Assembly (NCBI GenBank): GCA_031258355.1
Contig: JAIRMZ010000033.1
Coordinates: 1-24,578 of the forward strand
Direction: 5' to 3'
Source: Holosporales bacterium
Lineage (GTDB): Bacteria > Pseudomonadota > Alphaproteobacteria > UBA3830 > JAIRMZ01
DNA: 24,578 nucleotides
Shown here piece by piece: positions 17,759 to 24,578 of the stretch (the first letter of the stretch is position 1; each line of letters starts with the position of its first letter). The notes beneath the pieces were generated by a model, which worked only from the letters and a program-made list of their open reading frames with translations, had not been told where the DNA came from and ran no database searches. The translations under genes were made by a program, and so were the position numbers.

Positions 17759-20500
17759 TCAGAGTAAGGAGGGAGGGAGCGACAATAAAGGGGCAAGATA
17801 TTGACCTGTGAGACTTTGAGGAACTTTAATAATATCTTCTGGAGGACCTTGTGCGATGATTCGGCCTCCGTTCTCACCTCCTTCTGGGCCTAGATCGATG
17901 ATCCAATCTACAGCTTTGAGAACATCCAAATTGTGTTCGATAACAATCACTGTATTCCCTTCATCAACAAGAGCTTGCAAGGCTATAAGCAACTTTTGCA
18001 CATCTTCGAAATGTAACCCTATCGTGGGTTCGTCCAGAACATAGAGCGTTTTTCCGTTGGAATGTCGAAGAAGTGCCTTAGCCAGCTTTAATCGTTGCCT
18101 TTCCCCTGTGGAGAGCGTATCGAGAGTTTGTCCAATCGGAATATATCCGAGGCCTAGGTGTTCCAAAACCGTCAATTTCTTTCTTATCGACGAAAAATTC
18201 TGGAAGAAGGCTATAGCCTCTGAAAGAGACATGTTAAGAATGTCTGCTATGGATTTATCCTTGAAAGTAATGGTCAGTATCTCTGTTTTATAGCGTCGTC
18301 CCTGACATCTTTCACAAAACATAGAGATGTCTGGAGGAAACGGCATTTCTACACGCTTTGTGCCTTCTCCTTGACAAAAAGGACATCGCCCTTCGCGCCG
18401 ATTAAAAGAAAAATGCCTGGCTGTATACCCTTGCGCTTTTGCCTCTGGTAAAGAAGCAAAAAATTCACGAATAAGGCCAAAAATTCCAAGAGTGATAAGA
18501 ATATTGGAGTTCGCTGTTTTTTCAAGTTGCTCATGATTAACGATAACCACTCGATCAAGGTTCTGATCTCCCTTTATACAATGAAATTGTTTGCTTTTTA
18601 TCTCTTTTCTTAGTTGTGGGAGAACACCTTCAAAAATAAGTGTAGATTTTCCACTTCCTGAGACGCCTGAAATACCAATGAGTCCCCCTAAAGGAATAGA
18701 AAGATCAACCTGTTTGAGATTTCCATAAGAGATGTTGTTTATGGATAAAAATGGATGATTTGTGAAATCTCTGCGCTGTAAGGCTTTTCTTTCTTTGTTG
18801 TTAAGATAACGTCCCGTAAGACTTTCAGAACAACGGAGAAGACCTTTTCCGGGGCCGGTATAAATGACCCTCCCTCCTTCTTTTCCCGCTTTCGGCCCCA
18901 AATCAATGATATAATCCGCTGCACGAATCATCTCTTCATCATGTTCAATAACGATCACGGTATTCCCAGTGCTGCACAATCTCTTCAAAACCTTCAATAA
19001 GCGTTCCTGATCTTGGGGATGAAGACCTACAGAAGGTTCCTCAAGTGTATACAAAACTCCACAAAGCTCTGAACTTAAATAAGGGACGAGATGAATACGT
19101 TGGTATTCTCCTTTGGAAAGGGTTTGTGCCGCTTGATTAAGCGGCAAGTACCCCAGCCCCATTTCTTCCAGAAGTTGAATACGTTGGAAAATCGCATCGA
19201 GTAAGGGGTAAGTTACTTTTTGCTGTTCTTCTGTAAAAGTTAGCGAAATAAGAAATGGACGTATTTCTGAAATGGAATAATGATGTATCTCGGCAATGGA
19301 TTTGCCTGATACTTGAAACTGAAGCGCTTCTTGACGTAAGCGCATCCCTTGGCAAACCGGACATTTTTGTTCTTCTTGATAGCTTTTCAATTCCTCTCTC
19401 ATTTGGAAGCTATCGGCCTTTTTTAGTCGTTGTTCTAGATCAGGGATAACTCCTAAAAAAACACCTTGTTCTCCGTGGAGAATAAGCGTCTGAATACGGG
19501 GAGAGAGATCCCTAAAAGGTGTCGTTAGAGAGAGAACCTCTTTCTTTGCTAAACCTCTCAGAATACGACGCAGGCCCATTTGTCCCCATCTTCTCCAAGG
19601 TTTTATCGCTCCTTCAAGAAGGCTTTGCTGGGGATCTGGAACAATCAGATGTTCACTGAAAAAACGATATTTCCCCCATCCTGCGCAACGGGGGCACGCT
19701 CCTTTAGAAGAATTGAAAGAAAACAGACAGGGAGGGAAGTGGGTGTCTTTCTCCATCCTTTCCAGGGCAGACGAAAAAGAAAATTCCGTTGTCTGACTGG
19801 TTTCGCAATCATATATCTCCACTATACTTTCGTTCCACTGTCGTGCGATATCGAGAGAATCTTGCAGTCTTTCAAGAAGATTCATATGCACAGTACACCG
19901 ATCGACAACAACAGCAGGAGATTTTTTCAATCCTTCCGGTTGTGTAGAAATTTCTTCCCATTCATAGAAAACGTCATTGATATACACCTTTTGAAATCCT
20001 GCACGTCTTAGATCTTTCTGCATTCTCGATGATTGAAAAAAAGACGGAATAGGTGATAGAATAAATATACGTTTGCCGAGAAATTTCTTACAGATTTGAG
20101 TTGCCTCAAAACGAGGAGACGCGATTTTCGGATCAGGAACGTGAGGAACAGCAATATGCGCATATAAGATGCACAAATATTCATGAATTCCTGTTATCGT
20201 TCCTACGGTCGATTTTTCATCACCTCTCAACTCTTGCTGATTTACCATGATCGTAGGACAGATGCCTGTCATTATCGTATAATCAGGCCTTGCAATATCA
20301 AGCGATTTCCGTGTTTCTAAAGGAAGCTTTTCCGTGTAACGTCTTTGTCCTTCTGCGCCAAGAATATTAAAAACTAAAGAGGATTTTCCTGAGCCGCTGA
20401 TTCCTGTAACAACAGTGAAAACGCTTTTGGGCACTGTAACAGAGATATTCTTTAGATTGTGAACGTATCCACCCTGCAAAGAGATATATTTTTGTGACAA
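17759..20500 (-). CDS. uvrA: Divergent excinuclease ABC subunit A (UvrA-like)
   Basis: 913 aa. HNLKN, Walker A GISGSGKSS and GVSGSGKST, FSFNSSKGACPRC, FSFNRREGRCPFC, LYVLDEPTIGLH, IEHNLDV. TTG start. Confidence 0.88.
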   Translation of the reverse strand: MSQKYISLQGGYVHNLKNISVTVPKSVFTVVTGISGSGKSSLVFNILGAEGQRRYTEKLPLETRKSLDIARPDYTIMTGICPTIMVNQQELRGDEKSTVGTITGIHEYLCILYAHIAVPHVPDPKIASPRFEATQICKKFLGKRIFILSPIPSFFQSSRMQKDLRRAGFQKVYINDVFYEWEEISTQPEGLKKSPAVVVDRCTVHMNLLERLQDSLDIARQWNESIVEIYDCETSQTTEFSFSSALERMEKDTHFPPCLFSFNSSKGACPRCAGWGKYRFFSEHLIVPDPQQSLLEGAIKPWRRWGQMGLRRILRGLAKKEVLSLTTPFRDLSPRIQTLILHGEQGVFLGVIPDLEQRLKKADSFQMREELKSYQEEQKCPVCQGMRLRQEALQFQVSGKSIAEIHHYSISEIRPFLISLTFTEEQQKVTYPLLDAIFQRIQLLEEMGLGYLPLNQAAQTLSKGEYQRIHLVPYLSSELCGVLYTLEEPSVGLHPQDQERLLKVLKRLCSTGNTVIVIEHDEEMIRAADYIIDLGPKAGKEGGRVIYTGPGKGLLRCSESLTGRYLNNKERKALQRRDFTNHPFLSINNISYGNLKQVDLSIPLGGLIGISGVSGSGKSTLIFEGVLPQLRKEIKSKQFHCIKGDQNLDRVVIVNHEQLEKTANSNILITLGIFGLIREFFASLPEAKAQGYTARHFSFNRREGRCPFCQGEGTKRVEMPFPPDISMFCERCQGRRYKTEILTITFKDKSIADILNMSLSEAIAFFQNFSSIRKKLTVLEHLGLGYIPIGQTLDTLSTGERQRLKLAKALLRHSNGKTLYVLDEPTIGLHFEDVQKLLIALQALVDEGNTVIVIEHNLDVLKAVDWIIDLGPEGGENGGRIIAQGPPEDIIKVPQSLTGQYLAPLLSLPPSLL

Positions 20501-20522
20501 TTGTATTTTAACCTATTTTCAA

Positions 20523-20610
20523 TGGCGGAAGAGGTGGGATTCGAACCCACGGTACGCAAGCGCACAACGGTTTTCGAGACCGCCCCGTTCGACCTCTCCG
20601 GCACCCTTCC
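20523..20610 (-). tRNA. tRNA-Ser (anticodon CGA), 88 nt, CCA encoded
   Basis: Minus strand GGAAGGGTGCCGGAGAGGTCGAACGGGGCGGTCT-CGA-AAACCGTTGTGCGCTTGCGTACCGTGGGTTCGAATCCCACCTCTTCCGCCA; long variable arm, T-loop TTCGAAT. Confidence 0.96.
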
Positions 20611-20618
20611 TCTCTTAC

Positions 20619-20647
20619 CTTCTAACAAGTATTCTCTTGATTTTCAA
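20619..20647 (-). promoter_or_regulatory. Putative promoter of tRNA-Ser (and probably uvrA)
   Basis: Minus strand TTGAAA-N17-TAGAAG with TGn extension, ending 8 bp before the tRNA 5' end. Confidence 0.45.
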
Positions 20648-20678
20648 GGTGTCCTGCAAATATCCTTCCATTTATGAA

Positions 20679-20694
20679 TGTTTCACGTGGAACA
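20679..20694. promoter_or_regulatory. parS centromere site
   Basis: TGTTTCACGTGGAACA, a canonical 16-bp parS, 390 bp upstream of parA. Confidence 0.92.
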
Positions 20695-20733
20695 GTTTTG
20701 AAGGTGATAAGGAGATCCGTATCTGTTAATAAT

Positions 20734-20742
20734 TGTGAATAA
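20734..20742 (-). promoter_or_regulatory. Single DnaA-box consensus match
   Basis: TTATTCACA on the minus strand fits TTWTNCACA. One copy only, so it could be chance. Confidence 0.4.
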
Positions 20743-21084
20743 GTATTCAGGCGTGCTATCATGAGAATGCTTTGCAGTCGATACAGAAGAATATTTTTAA
20801 GAAAGATGATGGTTATCTTAAAGATTGTGCGATCTAACAATTATTGGATTGTGAGGTTAGGAAATGCAGGATAGTTTCAATAAGAAATCTTTGTGCCCTC
20901 TTCATTCTTTATTTTTTGCTATTTCTAAGATCTTTTCTTTATATAAGCATGAATTTTTCTCGCAAAAGGAAAATTATAGAGTTTTTCTTCTTCAAGAAAA
21001 GGAAAGGATTCCTTCGGCCTATGCTCTTATTAAAATGCAGCAAAAGAGATATGTAGCGCTTGTAAGAGAGGGGAGGTCTTTCTT

Positions 21085-21876
21085 GTGAAGATTGTTGCTA
21101 TAGCAAATCAAAAGGGAGGGGTAGGTAAGACGACAACTGCTGTTAATTTATCAGCAGCGCTAGCCGCAACATGTCGACGTGTTCTTCTCATAGATCTTGA
21201 TGCTCAAGGGAATGCAACAAGCTGTCTGACGATAAAACATCAATTTTCCGCGAACAGCTACACACTTCTTATGCAGCAAAATACATTATCGCAGGTCATC
21301 ATACCGACACGCATCCCTGATCTTTTTTTGGTTCCGGCGGTGCCAGATTTGGCGGCACTAGATATAGAGCTTGCAACACAAATGGAAAAAGAAAAAAGAT
21401 TGCACTACGTTCTTAAAGGGGAGGAGAGGCCAAAGATTCAAGAGGGAGAAAAACAAACTTACGACTATGTTTTTTTGGACTGCCCCCCTGGTTTAGGATT
21501 AACGGTTCTCAATGCATTAGTTGCTGCGGATGCTGTTATTGTGCCTATGCAGTGTGATTTTTTTTCTTTGCAAGGCCTCGTACAGTTGTTTTCTACAGTG
21601 CAACGTGTTAAGAAAAATTTCAATAGTCATTTATGTTTTTGTGGGATTGTTTTTACCATGTTCGAGCCGCGGAATAACCTTAATCTACAGATAGCACAAG
21701 ACGTTGAAAGCCATTTTCATGACCTTGTGTTTAAAACAAAAATTCCTCGAAATGTCCGAGTAAGAGAAGCCCCTTCCTATGGGAAGCCAGTACTTCTTTA
21801 TGACCTTCAGTGCAGCAGCTCACTGGCTTATATTGATTTAGCTAAAGAATTTTTGAGAAGGGAGAAAGAGTCATGA
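21085..21876 (+). CDS. parA: Chromosome partitioning ATPase ParA/Soj
   Basis: NQKGGVGKTTT, DLDAQGNA, LDCPPGLG, IPRNVRVREAPSYGKP. GTG start. Confidence 0.97.
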   Translation: MKIVAIANQKGGVGKTTTAVNLSAALAATCRRVLLIDLDAQGNATSCLTIKHQFSANSYTLLMQQNTLSQVIIPTRIPDLFLVPAVPDLAALDIELATQMEKEKRLHYVLKGEERPKIQEGEKQTYDYVFLDCPPGLGLTVLNALVAADAVIVPMQCDFFSLQGLVQLFSTVQRVKKNFNSHLCFCGIVFTMFEPRNNLNLQIAQDVESHFHDLVFKTKIPRNVRVREAPSYGKPVLLYDLQCSSSLAYIDLAKEFLRREKES

Positions 21877-22691
21877 AATCGACTTTAGGAAGGGGATTAT
21901 CAAGTCTTCTTGGTCCAGATATTGCAGAACAAGCATCCTTGCAACTTCTCCCCGTACAAGACCTCGTTCCTAATCCCCTTCAGCCAAGACGTCAATTTGA
22001 TGCTCAATCTATAGAAGAATTATCTGCGTCTATCAAGGAGAACGGAGTTCTTCAGCCCATTATTGTTCGTCAGGACCCAAAGAATCCTACGAAATATCAA
22101 ATTGTCGCAGGAGAGCGAAGATGGCGTGCTGCCGCAAAAGCACAACTCGAGAATATTCCTAGTCTTGTTTGTTTATTGGATGATAAGCAAAGCTTAGGGT
22201 ACGCGCTTATTGAAAATGTTCAACGAGAAGATTTGAATTGTATGGAAGAAGCGGAGGCTTATGCACGTCTAATACACGATTTTGCGTATACACAGGAATC
22301 GCTTTCTCGCACAATAGGCAAAAGTCGCAGTCATATTGCCAATGTTTTACGTCTTTTAAATCTTCCCGATTCTGTAAAAAGTCATGTACGTACAGGTTCT
22401 CTTTCTTTCGGGCATGCGCGTGCTCTTGTTGGGCGACAAAACGCAGAAGAATTAGCGCAAAATATTATCCATAAAGGGTTAACTGTGCGTCAGGCGGAAA
22501 AAATCTCCACTTTTCCTAAAGAATCTGTTTTAGATGAAGAAGCAACTTCTGAAGCTGTGCTCTTGGCGGAGCAGTTAACGCATGCTTTAGGAACACGTGT
22601 CCGTGTACATTTACGTCACGAAGGTGGAATGCTCCAGATTTATTTTCGTGATTTGCAAGGGCTACAACGTTTAATAGATAAATTTTCTTAA
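21873..22691 (+). CDS. parB: Chromosome partitioning protein ParB
   Basis: LGRGLSSLL, PNPLQPRRQF, GVLQPIIVR, IVAGERRWRAA, ENVQREDLN, HTH GKSRSHIANVLRLL. Confidence 0.97.
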   Translation: MKSTLGRGLSSLLGPDIAEQASLQLLPVQDLVPNPLQPRRQFDAQSIEELSASIKENGVLQPIIVRQDPKNPTKYQIVAGERRWRAAAKAQLENIPSLVCLLDDKQSLGYALIENVQREDLNCMEEAEAYARLIHDFAYTQESLSRTIGKSRSHIANVLRLLNLPDSVKSHVRTGSLSFGHARALVGRQNAEELAQNIIHKGLTVRQAEKISTFPKESVLDEEATSEAVLLAEQLTHALGTRVRVHLRHEGGMLQIYFRDLQGLQRLIDKFS

Positions 22692-22825
22692 ATCCATATG
22701 AGGAACCTAGATATTAATAAAAATAAGTTCACGAAGAACAGTCGTTTTTGATCAATAGAATTGTTATTGTCTGCTTGTAAAGGGTTTTTATTCTTTTCCT
22801 TAAGAAAAAACTATTTCCGAAACGA

Positions 22826-22850
22826 TTTTAAGAGAAGGAATCTCTTAAAA
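22826..22850. terminator. Perfect 10-bp stem-loop downstream of parB
   Basis: TTTTAAGAGA-AGGAA-TCTCTTAAAA. AT-rich stem, so it is a weak terminator or a protein-binding site. Confidence 0.35.
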
Positions 22851-24085
22851 GAATACTGAGTTATAGCAGAAAATCGTATAAAAATTTGTTATTTTCTTTC
22901 TTCATGCTCTGGTAGAAGCTCTACAAATGAAGGTGGATTAGCATGTCCCCTTTCCTTCGAAAGGGTTTGCGATCTTGCCTTATAATAATCTAGGAAACTA
23001 AAGGTGCTATCGCCTATATTTCACTGAAGAACGTTCATGATCTTCTTTAGGAGTTTGCCCTTTATGCAGTTTTTCATAAGGCGGTCTTATGAAAATAAAT
23101 TCACGATTCTTTAGTTAGTTGGGAAGCAATCTATTTATATTTCTTATGCTTTTTTTTAGAACAGGTAAATTGCATTTTTGTGTGTGCTCTTGCACAAGAC
23201 AAGGCCGAAAACGGCTTTTATTTTTATCATGAAAGGATAACTTCACCATTATATGGCCTCTTACGAAGCAAAATGACAGAGGAGAAAGTTATTAAGGTGG
23301 AGAACACAATTTCCTTTATTTTAAAACAAGGCAAAGAAAAAAGTCATACTGTTTTCATCAAAAAAACCATCTTCAAAACTAATATATCATTTATCTTGTT
23401 AAGCATCTTTTTCGCAAAAGCATTACTTTGTAGAAAATTTTTGTAAAATATTTCATATATTTTAAGCAGATAGAATTGAAAAAAATCTTCAATGGTGTGA
23501 AATTATAGAATTTCCCTTGTTTATTTGAAAAAATTATAGATCAGAGAAAAGCAAGGTTGTTTATAAAAGACGTTTTTATTCCTAGTAGCAAAGGAACGTC
23601 GATGTAATTTTTATTTTTTTTGTTAGAGAACAAAAGATAAGATAAGATAGTGCAATATTTTGTGGCAAGATGAGAGGGCGCAATAACACCATTTAAAGAG
23701 AAAAACAGACCCATCTGTTCTCCAGGGAAGAAAACTGATCACTTGTGGACGATAGAAAGAACATCGCATAGAACAAAAAGGAGATCAAAGTTTAACGAGC
23801 GTATGTTCTGGAAGATTTTAGTATTCTATCAGTGCATAGCACGGAAATTTGAGAAGGAAATGACTTTGTCTATCAATGGATATATAAAGAATCCTTGTAT
23901 ACTTTATGATACTTTTTCGATTCGGAGGATTTGTATACAAAGAAATGAGATTATGCTCGATATTGCGCTTTAAATCTTATACGAGAACAGAGTAGATTTT
24001 TTCAAATAATGTTACCGAAGTAAGTATTGCTTTCAGTGATTTTGCCACTTTATTTTCTAGATGAAAAACATTTTTCCGTATCCCT

Positions 24086-24259
24086 TCAGAAAACATCATC
24101 CTCCTCCTCCACGCTAGCGTAATGCACTTGCAGGAGGGAGCGAACGGCCGGGTCTAGTGTCGTCCCACAATTGATCTGGATTCATTTCCCAAAAAGCCTT
24201 TATAGCGCTGAATCGCCACCCCCCCCTTACGCGTCTGCTCAAGAAGGGTCCGCTATCTC
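24086..24259 (-). pseudogene. gyrB: Decayed, truncated copy A of the gyrB 3' end
   Basis: Reads LLEQTRKGGVAIQRYKG, then after frameshifts MNPDQLW and LDPAVRSLLQVHYASVEEEDDVF-stop. Confidence 0.8.
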
Positions 24260-24513
24260 TCAAACGTCCACGTCGGCCACTTTGAGAGCGTTTTCCTGGA
24301 TAAAATCACGCCGCGGTTCGACCATATCTCCCATCAGCATCGAGGAAATATCACCAACCTCCTCCACGCTAACATAATGCCCTTGTAAGAGGGAGCGAAC
24401 GGCTGGGTCTAGCCGTTCCCACAATTGATCTGGATTAATCTCTCCCAAGCCTTTATAGCGCTTAATCGCCCCCCCCCCCCCCCTTACGCGTCCTGCTCTC
24501 AGAAGGGTCCCTC
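24260..24513 (-). pseudogene. gyrB: Decayed copy B of the gyrB 3' end
   Basis: AIKRYKGLGEINPDQLWERLDPAVRSLLQGHYVSVEEVGDISSMLMGDMVEPRRDFIQENALKVADVDV-stop. One codon is lost in the ETTLDP motif; G15 run; no genuine start. Confidence 0.85.
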
Positions 24514-24578
24514 TCAAGCGTCCAAGTGGGCCACTTTGAGAGCGTTTTCCTGGATAAAATCACGTCGCGGTTCGACCA
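24514..24578 (-). CDS. gyrB: gyrB C-terminal fragment, copy C (end of the intact gene or another repeat unit; truncated by the window edge)
   Basis: VEPRRDFIQENALKVAHLDA-stop (TGA at 24514-24516). Confidence 0.6.
   Translation of the reverse strand, partial: VEPRRDFIQENALKVAHLDA

Larger units (their letters stand above)
24086..24578. repeat. Head-to-tail tandem repeat, period about 254-255 bp
   Basis: CCTCCACGCT at 24106 and 24361; CCACTTTGAGAGCGTTTTCCTGGATAAAATCACG at 24277 and 24531; stops at 24260 and 24514. Confidence 0.92.

Noticed and set aside
20500-20610. tRNA-Ser as the attachment site of an island carrying uvrA
   Set aside because: I found no duplicate of the tRNA 3' end (only a 7-bp GCGGAAG near 16058) and no integrase in the window.
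20864-21088. 74-aa ORF overlapping the parA start as an rsmG (gidB) remnant
   Set aside because: No methyltransferase motif; low-complexity translation typical of AT-rich DNA. The GTGA overlap alone is insufficient.
23180-23973. Short ORFs 23180-23446 and 23743-23973
   Set aside because: No recognisable motifs or clear RBS; composition matches the surrounding non-coding DNA.
24260-24517. 85-aa ORF as a real small gene
   Set aside because: Its TTG overlaps the copy C stop, its N-terminus is out-of-frame junction sequence plus poly-G, and the rest is a damaged GyrB tail.
24086-24578. CRISPR interpretation of the terminal repeats (also considered for 3344-4340)
   Set aside because: The units are long, contiguous and protein-derived. 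There are no short repeats with unique spacers and no cas genes.

Overview
This 24.6 kb window is a mostly housekeeping region of an alphaproteobacterium (alpha-type SspB and DUF2312/GapR). A protist-associated Holosporales-like endosymbiont is my inference, not shown. Left part, about 50% GC by spot counts: partial fliJ, fliI, an orphan EnvZ-like kinase, a secreted BspA-type LRR protein made of 141-bp repeats, a small terminase-like ORF, rluC, dnaJ, dnaK, rnhA, cutA, an RND efflux pair, sspB, rpmH-rnpA-yidD and gapR. Right part, markedly AT-richer: a 1.7 kb gene-free stretch, a motif-degenerate uvrA behind tRNA-Ser(CGA), a parS site and a DnaA box, parA-parB, a second 1.4 kb gene-free stretch, and a tandem array (about 254-bp period) of decayed gyrB 3' ends. 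Best leads: the gyrB-tail array, a three-hairpin ROSE-like leader on dnaK, the BspA repeat gene, the orphan TerS-like ORF, the atypical UvrA and a probable origin region. I found no complete novel multi-gene system, CRISPR array, integrase or transposase. All calls are from motif recognition by eye, without database searches.
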